Below are positions 13,001 to 25,400 of a stretch of 64,000 nt of DNA, in pieces (the first letter of the stretch is position 1; every line of letters begins with the position of its first letter). Made by a program: the position numbers and the translations under genes. The stretch is from Eledone cirrhosa (lineage: Eukaryota): positions 6,014,001 to 6,078,000 of the forward strand of contig OZ024759.1 in assembly GCA_964016885.1 (NCBI GenBank). The letters are read 5' to 3'. The notes beneath the pieces were generated by a model. The model searched no databases. It worked only from the letters and a program-made list of their open reading frames with translations, and was not told where the DNA came from.

Positions 13001-15853
13001 GTATTAGCTGTCAGAAGTAACTCCACTGTTGGTGAGAATTCATTTAAGTCATGGTATTAGCTGTCAGAAGTAACTCCATTGTTGGTGAGAATTCATTTAA
13101 GTCATGGTACTAGCTGTCAGAAGTAACTCCACTGTTGGTGAGAATTCATTTAAGTTCATGGTACTAGCTGTCAGAAGTAACTCAACTGTTGGTGAGAATT
13201 CATTTAAGTTCATGGTACTAGCTGTCAGAAGTAACTCCACTGTTGGTGAGAATTCATTTAAGTTCATGGTATTAGCTGTCAGAAGTAACTCCACTGTTGG
13301 TGAGAATTCATTTAAGTTCATGGTACTAGCTGTCAAAAGTAACCCCAATGTTGGTAAGAATTCATTTAAGTTCATGGTATTAGCTGTCAGAAGTCACTCC
13401 AATGTTGGTGAGAATTCATTTAAGTTCATGATATTAGCTGTCAGAAGTCACTCCACTGTTGGTGAGAATTCATTTAAGTTCATGGTACTTGCTGTCAGAA
13501 GTAACCCCAATGTTGGTGAGAATTCATTTAAGTTCATGGTATTAGCTGTCAGAAGTCACTCCAATGTTGGTGAGAATTCATTTAAGTTCATGGTATTAGC
13601 TGTCAGAAGTCACTCCAATGTTGGTGAGAATTCATTTAAGTTCATGGTATTAGCTGTCAGAAGTCACTCCACTGTTGGTGAGAATTCATTTAAGTTCATG
13701 GTACTAGCTGTCAGAAGTAACCCCAATGTTGGTGAGAATTCATTTAAGTTCATGGTATTAGCTGTCAGAAGTAACTCCAATGTTGGTGAGAATTCATTTA
13801 AGTTCATGGTATTAGCTGTCAGAAGTCACTCCAATGTTGGTGAGAATTCATTTAAGTTCATGGTACTAGCTGTCAGAAGTAACTCCACTGTTGGTGAGAA
13901 TTCATTTAAGTTCATGGTACTAGCTGTCAGAAGTAACTCCACTGTTGGTGAGAATTCATTTAAGTTCATGGTATTAGCTGTCAGAAGTAACTCCAATGTT
14001 GGTGAGAATTCATTTAAGTTCATGGTATTAGCTGTCAGAAGTCACTCCAATGTTGGTGAGAATTCATTTAAGTTCATGGTACTAGCTGTCAGAAGTAACT
14101 CCACTGTTGGTGAGAATTCATTTAAGTTCATGGTACTAGCTGTCAGAAGTAACTCCACTGTTGGTGAGAATTCATTTAAGTTCATGGTACTAGCTGTCAG
14201 AAGTAACCCCAATGTTGGTGAGAATTCATTTAAGTTCATGGTATTAGCTGTCAGAAGTCACTCCAATGTTGGTGAGAATTCATTTAAGTTCATGGTATTA
14301 GCTGTCAGAAGTCACTCCAATGTTGGTGAGAATTCATTTAAGTTCATGGTACTAGCTGTCAGAAGTAACTCCACTGTTGGTGAGAATTCATTTAAGTTCA
14401 TGGTATTAGCTGTCAGAAGTCACTCCACTGTTGGTGAGAATTCATTTAAGTTCATGGTACTAGCTGTCAGAAGTAACCCCAATGTTGGTGAGAATTCATT
14501 TAAGTTCATGGTATTAGCTGTCAGAAGTCACTCCAATGTTGGTGAGAATTCATTTAAGTTCATGGTATTAGCTGTCAGAAGTCACTCCAATGTTGGTGAG
14601 AATTCATTTAAGTTCATGGTATTAGCTGTCAGAAGTCACTCCACTGTTGGTGAGAATTCATTTAAGTTCATGGTACTAGCTGTCAGAAGTAACCCCAATG
14701 TTGGTGAGAATTCATTTAAGTTCATGGTATTAGCTGTCAGAAGTCACTCCACTGTTGGTGAGAATTCATTTAAGTTCATGGTATTAGCTGTCAGAAGTAA
14801 CTCCACAGTTGGTGAGAATTCATTTAAGTTCATGGTATTAGCTGTCAGAAGTAACTCCACTGTTGGTCAGAATTCATTTAAGTTCATGGTATTAGCTGTC
14901 AGAAGGAACTCCAATGTTGGTGAGAATTCATTTAAGTCATGGTACTAGCTGTCAGAAGTAACTCCACTGTTGGTGAGAATTCATTTAAGTTCATGGTATT
15001 AGCTGTCAGAAGGAACGCCACTGTTGGTGAGAATTCATTTAAGTTCATGGTATTAGCTGTCAGAAGTAACTCCACTGTTGGTGAGAATTCATTGAAGTTC
15101 ATGGTACTAGCTGTCAGAAGTAACTCCAATGTTGGTGAGAATTCATTTAAGTTCATGGTATTAGCTGTCAGAAGGAACTCCACTGTTGGTGAGAATTCAT
15201 TTAAGTTCATGGTATTAGCTGTCAGAAGTAACTCCACTGTTGGTGAGAATTCATTTAAGTTCATGGTACTAGTTGTCAGAAGTAACTCCACTGTTGGTGA
15301 GAATTCATTTAAGTTCATGGTACTAGCTGTCAGAAGTAACTCCACTGTTGGTGAGAATTCATTTAAGTTCATGGTATTAGCTGTCAGAAGTAACTCCACT
15401 GTTGGTGAGAATTCATTTAAGTCATGGTATTAGCTGTCAGAAGTAACTCCATTGTTGGTGAGAATTCATTTAAGTCATGGTACTAGATATCAGAAGTAAC
15501 TCCACTGTTGGTGAGAATTCATTTAAGTTCATGGTATTAGCTGTCAGAAGGAACTCCACTGTTGGTGAGAATTCATTTAAGTTCATGGTACTAGCTGTCA
15601 GAAGTAACTCCACTGTTGGTGAGAATTCTTTTAAGTTCATGGTATTAGTTTGTCAGAAGTAACTCCACTGTTGGTGTGAATTCATTGAAGTCATGGTATT
15701 AGTTGTCAGAAGTAACTCCAATGTTGGTGAGAATTCATTTAAGTCATGGTACTAGCTGTCAGAAGTAACTCCAATGTTTGTGAGAATTCATTTCAGTTCA
15801 TGGTATTAGCTGTCAGAAGGAACTCCACTGTTGGTGAGAATTCATTTAAGTTC
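9818..15853 (+). repeat. Tandem duplication of a 3018-bp (56-monomer) higher-order unit
   Basis: ORF-track blocks 10086/13104, 11921/14939 and 12459/15477 are all offset by 3018. Shared private variants: TGATATTAG, TTGGTCAGAA, CTAGATATC, GGTGTGAATTCATTGAAG. Confidence 0.92.
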
Positions 15854-17299
15854 ATGGTACTAGCTGTCAGAGGTAACTCCACTGTTGGTGAGAATTCATT
15901 TAAGTTCATGGTACTAGCTGTCAGAAGTAACTCCAATGTTGGTGAGAATTCATTTAAGTTCATGGTATTAGCTGTCAGAAGTAACTCCACTGTTGGTGAG
16001 AATTCATTTAAGTTCATGGTATTAGCTGTCAGAAGTAACTCCACTGTTGGTGAGAATTCATTTAAGTTCATGGTACTAGCTGTCAGAAGTAACTCCAATG
16101 TTGGTGAGAATTCATTTAAGTTCATGGTATTAGCTGTCAGAAGTAACTCCACTGTTGGTGAGAATTCATTTAAGTCATGGTATTAGCTGTCAGAAGTAAC
16201 TCCAATGTTGGTGAGAATTCAGTTAAGTTCATGGTATTAGCTGTCAGAAGGAACTCCACTGTTGGTGAGAATTCATTTAAGTTCATGGTATTAGCTGTCA
16301 GAAGTAACTCCACTGTTGGTGAGAATTCATTTAAGTCATGGTATTAGCTGTCAGAAGTAACTCCAATGTTGGTGAGAATTCATTTAAGTCATGGTACTAG
16401 CTGTCAGAAGTAACTCCACTGTTGGTGAGAATTCATTTAAGTTCATGGTATTAGCTGTCAGAAGTAACTCCACTGTTGGTGAGAATTCATTTAAGTCATG
16501 GTATTAGCTGTCAGAAGTAACTCCATTGTTGGTGAGAATTCATTTAAGTCATGGTACTAGCTGTCAGAAGTAACTCCACTGTTGGTGAGAATTCATTTAA
16601 GTTCATGGTACTAGCTGTCAGAAGTAACTCAACTGTTGGTGAGAATTCATTTAAGTTCATGGTACTAGCTGTCAGACATAACTCCACTGTTGGTGTGAAT
16701 TCATTTAAGTTCATGGTACTAGCTGTCAGAAGTAACTCCACTGTTGGTGAGAATTCATTTAAGTTCATGGTACTAGCTGTCAGAAGTAACTCCAATGTTG
16801 GTGAGAATTCATTTAAGTTCATGGTATTAGCTGTCAGAAGTAACTCCACTGTTGGTGAGAATTCATTTAAGTTCATGGTACTAGCTGTCAGAAGTAACTC
16901 CACTGTTGGTGAGAATTCATTTAAGTTCATGGTATTAGCTGTCAGAAGTAACTCCACTGTTGGTGAGAATTCATTTAAGTTCATGGTACTAGCTGTTAAA
17001 AGTAACCCCAATGTTGGTGAGAATTCATTTAAGTTCATGGTATTAGCTGTCAGAAGTCACTCCAATGTTGGTGAGAATTCATTTAAGTTCATGGTATTAG
17101 CTGTCAGAAGTCACTCCAATGTTGGTGAGAATTCATTTACGTTCATGGTATTAGCTTTCAGAAGGAACTCCACTGTTGGTGAGAATTCATTTAAGTTCAT
17201 GGTATTAGCTGTCAGAAGTAACTCCACTGTTGGTGAGAATTCATTTAAGTTCATGGTACTAGCTGTCAGAAGTAACTCCACTGTTGGTGAGAATTCATT

Positions 17300-20200
17300 T
17301 AAGTTCATGGTATTAGCTGTCAGAAGTAACTCCACTGTTGGTGAGAATTCATTTAAGTCATGGTATTAGCTGTCAGAAGTAACTCCAATGTTGGTGAGAA
17401 TTCATTTAAGTTCATGGTATTAGCTGTCAGAAGTAACTCCACTGTTGGTGAGAATTCATTTAAGTTCATGGTATTAGCTGTCAGAAGTAACTCCACTGTT
17501 GGTGAGAATTCATTTAAGTTCATGGTACTAGCTGTCAGAAGTAACTCCACTGTTGGTGAGAATTCATTTAAGTTCATGGTATTAGTTTGTCAGAAGTAAC
17601 TCCACTGTTGGTAAGAATTCATTTAAGTCATGGTATTAGTTGTCAGAAGTAACTCCAATGTTGGTGAGAATTCATTTAAGTTCATGGTACTAGCTGTCAG
17701 AAGTAACTCCACTGTTGGTGAGAATTCATTTAAGTTCATGGTATTAGCTGTCAGAAGTAACTCCAATGTTGGTGAGAATTCATTTAAGTTCATGGTATTA
17801 GCTGTCAGAAGTAACTCCACTGTTGGTGAGAATTCATTTAAGTTCATGGTATTAGCTGTCAGAAGTAACTCCACTGTTGGTGAGAATTCATTTAAGTTCA
17901 TGGTACTAGCTGTCAGAAGTGACTCCACTGTTGGTGAGAATTCATTTAAGTTCATGGTATTAGTTTGTCAGAAGTAACTCCACTGTTGGTGAGAATTCAT
18001 TTAAGTCATGGTATTAGTTGTCAGAAGTAACTCCAATGTTGGTGAGAATTCATTTAAGTCATGGTACTAGCTGTCAGAAGTAACTCCACTGTTGGTGAGA
18101 ATTCATTTAAGTCATGGTACTAGCTGTCAGAAGTAACTCCACTGTTGGTGAGAATTCATTTAAGTTCATGGTATTAGCTGTCAGAAGGAACTCCACTGTT
18201 GGTGTGAATTCATTTAAGTTCATGGTATTAGCTGTCAGAAGTAACTCCACTGTTGGTGAGAATTCATTTAAGTTCATGGTACTAGCTGTCAGAAGTAACT
18301 CCACTGTTGGTGAGAATTCATTTAAGTTCAGGGTATTAGTTGTCAGAAGTAACTCCACTGTTGGTGAGAATTCATTTAAGTCATGGTATTAGTTGTCAGA
18401 AGTAACTGCAATGTTGGTGAGAATTCATTTAAGTTCATGTTAATAGCTGTCAGAAGTAACTCCACTGTTGGTGAGAATTCATTTAAGTTCATGGTATTAG
18501 CTGTCAGAAGTAACTCCACTGTTGGTGAGAATTCATTTAAGTCATGGTATTAGCTGTCAGACGTAACTCCAATGTTGGTGAGAATTCATTTAAGTCATGG
18601 TACTAGCTGTCAGAAGTAACTCCACTGTTGGTGAGAATTCATTTAAGTTCATGGTATTAGCTGTCAGAAGTAACTCCACTGTTGGTGAGAATTCATTTAA
18701 GTCATGGTATTAGCTGTCAGAAGTAACTCCATTGTTGGTGAGAATTCATTTAAGTCATGGTACTAGCTGTCAGAAGTAACTCCACTGTTGGTGAGAATTC
18801 ATTTAAGTTCATGGTACTAGCTGTCAGAAGTAACTCCACTGTTGGTGAGAATTCATTTAAGTCATGGTATTAGCTGTCAGAAGTAACTCCATTGTTGGTG
18901 AGAATTCATTTAAGTCATGGTACTAGCTGTCAGAAGTAACTCCACTGTTGGTGAGAATTCATTTAAGTTCATGGTATTAGCTGTCAGAAGGAACTCCACT
19001 GTTGGTGAGAATTCATTTAAGTTCATGGTACTAGCTGTCAGAAGTAACTCCACTGTTGGTGAGAATTCATTTAAGTTCATGGTATTAGTTTGTCAGAAGT
19101 AACTCCAATGTTGGTGAGAATTCATTTAAGTTCATGGTATTAGCTGTCAGAAGTAACTCCACTTTTGGTGAGAATTCATTTAAGTTCATGGTATTAGCTG
19201 TCAGAAGTAACTCCACTGTTGGTGAGAATTCATTTAAGTTCATGGTACTAGCTGTCAGAAGTAACTCCAATGTTGGTGAGAATTCATTTAAGTTCATGGT
19301 ATTAGCTGTCAGAAGTAACTCCACTGTTGGTGAGAATTCATTTAAGTCATTGTATTAGCTGTCAGAAGTAACTCCAATGTTGGTGAGAATTCATTTAAGT
19401 TCATGGTATTAGCTGTCAGAAGTAACTCCACTGTTGGTGAGAATTCATTTAAGTTCATGGTATTAGCTGTCAGAAGTAACTCCACTGTTGGTGAGAATTC
19501 ATTTAAGTTCATGGTACTAGCTGTCAGAAGTAACTCCACTGTTGGTGAGAATTCATTTAAGTTCATGGTATTAGTTTGTCAGAAGTAACTCCACTGTTGG
19601 TAAGAATTCATTTAAGTCATGGTATTAGTTGTCAGAAGTAACTCCAATGTTGGTGAGAATTCATTTAAGTTCATGGTACTAGCTGTCAGAAGTAACTCCA
19701 CTGTTGGTGAGAATTCATTTAAGTTCATGGTATTAGCTGTCAGAAGTAACTCCAATGTTGGTGAGAATTCATTTAAGTTCATGGTATTAGCTGTCAGAAG
19801 TAACTCCACTGTTGGTGAGAATTCATTTAAGTTCATGGTATTAGCTGTCAGAAGTAACTCCACTGTTGGTGAGAATTCATTTAAGTTCATGGTACTAGCT
19901 GTCAGAAGTGACTCCACTGTTGGTGAGAATTCATTTAAGTTCATGGTATTAGTTTGTCAGAAGTAACTCCACTGTTGGTGAGAATTCATTTAAGTCATGG
20001 TATTAGTTGTCAGAAGTAACTCCAATGTTGGTGAGAATTCATTTAAGTCATGGTACTAGCTGTCAGAAGTAACTCCACTGTTGGTGAGAATTCATTTAAG
20101 TCATGGTACTAGCTGTCAGAAGTAACTCCACTGTTGGTGAGAATTCATTTAAGTTCATGGTATTAGCTGTCAGAAGGAACTCCACTGTTGGTGTGAATTC

Positions 20201-20820
20201 ATTTAAGTTCATGGTATTAGCTGTCAGAAGTAACTCCACTGTTGGTGAGAATTCATTTAAGTTCATGGTACTAGCTGTCAGAAGTAACTCCACTGTTGGT
20301 GAGAATTCATTTAAGTTCAGGGTATTAGTTGTCAGAAGTAACTCCACTGTTGGTGATGGTGAGAATTCATTTAAGTCATGGTATTAGTTGTCAGAAGTAA
20401 CTGCAATGTTGGTGAGAATTCATTTAAGTTCATGTTAATAGCTGTCAGAAGTAACTCCACTGTTGGTGAGAATTCATTTAAGTTCATGGTATTAGCTGTC
20501 AGAAGTAACTCCACTGTTGGTGAGAATTCATTTAAGTCATGGTATTAGCTGTCAGACGTAACTCCAATGTTGGTGAGAATTCATTTAAGTCATGGTACTA
20601 GCTGTCAGAAGTAACTCCACTGTTGGTGAGAATTCATTTAAGTTCATGGTATTAGCTGTCAGAAGTAACTCCACTGTTGGTGAGAATTCATTTAAGTCAT
20701 GGTATTAGCTGTCAGAAGTAACTCCATTGTTGGTGAGAATTCATTTAAGTCATGGTACTAGCTGTCAGAAGTAACTCCACTGTTGGTGAGAATTCATTTA
20801 AGTTCATGGTACTAGCTGTC
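17300..20820 (+). repeat. Block duplication at 1989-bp offset (37 monomers)
   Basis: GTAAGAATTC at 17611 and 19600. ORFs 17630/19619 and 18114/20103. Shared ACTGCAAT, CATGTTAATAG and GACGTAAC variants. Confidence 0.88.
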
Positions 20821-22475
20821 AGAAGTAACTCAACTGTTGGTGAGAATTCATTTAAGTTCATGGTACTAGCTGTCAGAAGTAACTCCACTGTTGGTGAGAA
20901 TTCATTTAAGTTCATGGTACTAGCTGTCAGAAGTAACTCCACTGTTGGTGAGAATTCATTTAAGTTCATGGTACTAGCTGTCAGAAGTAACTCCAATGTT
21001 GGTGAGAATTCATTTAAGTTCATGGTATTAGCTGTCAGAAGTAACTCCACTGTTGGTGAGAATTCATTTAAGTTCATGGTACTAGCTGTCAGAAGTAACT
21101 CCACTGTTGGTGAGAATTCATTTAAGTTCATGGTATTAGCTGTCAGAAGTAACTCCACTGTTGGTGAGAATTCATTTAAGTTCATGGTACTAGCTGTCAA
21201 AAGTAACCCCATTGTTGGTGAGAATTCATTTAAGTTCATGGTATTAGCTGTCAGAAGTCACTCCAATGTTGGTGAGAATTCATTTAAGTTCATGGTATTA
21301 GCTGTCAGAAGTCACTCCACTGTTGGTGAGAATTCATTTAAGTTCATGGTACTAGCTGTCAGAAGTAACCCCAATGTTGGTGAGAATTCATTTAAGTTCA
21401 TGGTATTAGCTGTCAGAAGTCACTCCAATGTTGGTGAGAATTCATTTAAGTTCATGGTATTAGCTTTCAGAAGTAAGTCCACTGTTGGTGAGAATTCATT
21501 TAAGTTCATGGTATTAGCTGTCAGAAGTAACTCCACAGTTGGTGAGAATTCATTTAAGTTCATGGTATTAGCTGTCAGAAGTAACTCCACTGTTGGTGAG
21601 AATTCATTTAAGTTCATGGTATTAGCTGTCAGAAGGAACTCCAATGTTGGTGAGAATTCATTTAAGTCATGGTACTAGCTGTCAGAAGTAAATCCACTGT
21701 TGGTGAGAATTCATTTAAGTTCATGGTATTAGCTGTCAGAAGGAACGCCACTGTTGGTGAGAATTCATTTAAGTTCATGGTATTAGCTGTCAGAAGTAAC
21801 TCCACTGTTGGTGAGAATTCATTGAAGTTCATGGTACTAGCTGTCAGAAGTAACTCCAATGTTGGTGAGAATTCATTTAAGTTCATGGTATTAGCTGTCA
21901 GAAGGAACTCCACTGTTGGTGAGAATTCATTTAAGTTCATGGTATTAGCTGTCAGAAGTAACTCCACTGTTGGTGAGAATTCATTTAAGTTCATGGTACT
22001 AGTTGTCAGAAGTAACTCCACTGTTGGTGAGAATTCATTTAAGTTCATGGTACTAGCTGTCAGAAGTAACTCCACTGTTGGTGAGAATTCATTTAAGTTC
22101 ATGGTATTAGCTGTCACAAGTAACTCCACTGTTGGTGAGAATTCATTTAAGTCATGGTATTAGCTGTCAGAAGTAACTCCATTGTTGGTGAGAATTCATT
22201 TAAGTCATGGTACTAGCTGTCAGAAGTAACTCCACTGTTGGTGAGAATTCATTTAAGTTCATGGTATTAGCTGTCAGAAGGAACTCCACTGTTGGTGAGA
22301 ATTCATTTAAGTTCATGGTACTAGCTGTCAGAAGTAACTCCACTGTTGGTGAGAATTCTTTTAAGTTCATGGTATTAGTTTGTCAGAAGTAACTCCACTG
22401 TTGGTGAGAATTCATTTAAGTCATGGTATTAGTTGTCAGAAGTAACTCCAATGTTGGTGAGAATTCATTTAAGTG

Positions 22476-25400
22476 ATGGTACTAGCTGTCAGAAGTAACT
22501 CCAATGTTTGTGAGAATTCATTTCAGTTCATGGTATTAGCTGTCAGAAGGAACTCCACTGTTGGTGAGAATTCATTTAAGTTCATGGTACTAGCTGTCAG
22601 AAGTAACTCCACTGTTGGTGAGAATTCATTTAAGTTCATGGTACTAGCTGTCAGAAGTAACTCCAATGTTGGTGAGAATTCATTTAAGTTCATGGTATTA
22701 GCTGTCAGAAGTAACTCCACTGTTGGTGAGAATTCATTTAAGTTCATGGTATTAGCTGTCAGAAGTAACTCCACTGTTGGTGAGAATTCATTTAAGTTCA
22801 TGGTACTAGCTGTCAGAAGTAACTCCAATGTTGGTGAGAATTCATTTAAGTTCATGGTATTAGCTGTCAGAAGTAACTCCACTGTTGGTGAGAATTCATT
22901 TAAGTCATGGTATTAGCTGTCAGAAGTAACTCCAATGTTGGTGAGAATTCAGTTAAGTTCATGGTATTAGCTCTCAGAAGGAACTCCACTGTTGGTGAGA
23001 ATTCATTTAAGTTCATGGTATTAGCTGTCAGAAGTAACTCCACTGTTGGTGAGAATTCATTTAAGTCATGGTATTAGCTGTCAGAAGTAACTCCAATGTT
23101 GGTGAGAATTCATTTAAGTCATGGTACTAGCTGTCAGAAGTAACTCCACTGTTGGTGAGAATTCATTTAAGTTCATGGTATTAGCTGTCAGAAGTAACTC
23201 CACTGTTGGTGAGAATTCATTTAAGTCATGGTATTAGCTGTCAGAAGTAACTACATTGTTGGTGAGAATTCATTTAAGTCATGGTACTAGCTGTCAGAAG
23301 TAACTCCACTGTTGGTGAGAATTCATTTAAGTTCATGGTACTAGCTGTCAGAAGTAACTCAACTGTTGGTGAGAATTCATTTAAGTTCATGGTACTAGCT
23401 GTCAGAAGTAACTCCACTGTTGGTGAGAATTCATTTAAGTTCATGGTACTAGCTGTCAGAAGTAACTCCACTGTTGGTGAGAATTCATTTAAGTTCATGG
23501 TACTAGCTGTCAGAAGTAACTCCAATGTTGGTGAGAATTCATTTAAGTTCATGGTATTAGCTGTCAGAAGTAACTCCACTGTTGGTGAGAATTCATTTAA
23601 GTTCATGGTACTAGCTGTCAGAAGTAACTCCACTGTTGGTGAGAATTCATTTAAGTTCATGGTATTAGCTGTCAGAAGTAACTCCACTGTTGGTGAGAAT
23701 TCATTTAAGTTCATGGTACTAGCTGTTAAAAGTAACCCCAATGTTGGTGAGAATTCATTTAAGTTCATGGTATTAGCTGTGTGAAGTCACTCCAATGTTG
23801 GTGAGAATTCATTTAAGTTCATGGTATTAGCTGTCAGAAGTCACTCCAATGTTGGTGAGAATTCATTTAAGTTCATGGTATTAGCTTTCAGAAGGAACTC
23901 CACTGTTGGTGAGAATTCATTTAAGTTCATGGTATTAGCTGTCAGAAGTAACTCCACTGTTGGTGAGAATTCATTTAAGTTCATGGTATTAGCTGTCAGA
24001 AGTAACTCCACTGTTGGTGAGAATTCATTTAAGTTCATGGTATTAGCTGTCAGAAGTAACTCCACTGTTGGTGAGAATTCATTTAAGTTCATGGTACTAG
24101 CTGTCAGAAGTAACTCCAATGTTGGTGAGAATTCATTTAAGTTCATGGTATTAGCTGTCAGAAGGAACTCCACTGTTGGTGAGAATTCATTTAAGTTCAT
24201 GGTATTAGCTGTCAGAAGTAACTCCACTGTTGGTGAGAATTCATTTAAGTTCATAGTACTAGTTGTCAGAAGTAACTCCACTGTTGGTGAGAATTCATTT
24301 AAGTTCATGGTACTAGCTGTCAGAAGTAACTCCACTGTTGGTGAGAATTCATTTAAGTTCATGGTATTAGCTGTCAGAAGTAACTCCACTGTTGGTGAGA
24401 ATTCATTTAAGTCATGGTATTAGCTGTCAGAAGTAACTCCATTGTTGGTGAGAATTCATTTAAGTCATGGTACTAGCTGTCAGAAGTAACTCCACTGTTG
24501 GTGAGAATTCATTTAAGTTCATGGTATTAGCTGTCAGAAGGAACTCCACTGTTGGTGAGAATTCATTTAAGTTCATGGTACTAGCTGTCAGAAGTAACTC
24601 CACTGTTGGTGAGAATTCATTTAAGTTCATGGTATTAGTTTGTCAGAAGTAACTCCAATGTTGGTGAGAATTCATTTAAGTTCATGGTATTAGCTGTCAG
24701 AAGTAACTCCACTGTTGGTGAGAATTCATTTAAGTTCATGGTATTAGCTGTCAGAAGTAACTCCACTGTTGGTGAGAATTCATTTAAGTTCATGGTACTA
24801 GCTGTCAGAAGTAACTCCAATGTTGGTGAGAATTCATTTAAGTTCATGGTATTAGCTGTCAGAAGTAACTCCACTGTTGGTGAGAATTCATTTAAGTCAT
24901 TGTATTAGCTGTCAGAAGTAACTCCAATGTTGGTGAGAATTAATTTAAGTTCATGGTATTAGCTGTCAGAAGTAACTCCACTGTTGGTGAGAATTCATTT
25001 AAGTTCATGGTATTAGCTGTCAGAAGTAACTCCACTGTTGGTGAGAATTCATTTAAGTTCATGGTACTAGCTGTCAGAAGTAACTCCACTGTTGGTGAGA
25101 ATTCATTTAAGTTCATGGTATTAGTTTGTCAGAAGTAACTCCACTGTTGGTGAGAATTCATTTAAGTCATGGTATTAGTTGTCAGAAGTAACTCCAATGT
25201 TGGTGAGAATTCATTTAAGTTCATGGTACTAGCTGTCAGAAGTAACTCCACTGTTGGTGAGAATTCATTTAAGTTCATGGTATTAGCTGTCAGAAGTAAA
25301 TCCACTGTTGGTGAGAATTCATTTAAGTCATGTTATTAGTTGTCAGAAGTAACTCCAATGTTGGTGAGAATTCATTTAAGTCATGGTACTAGCTGTCAGA

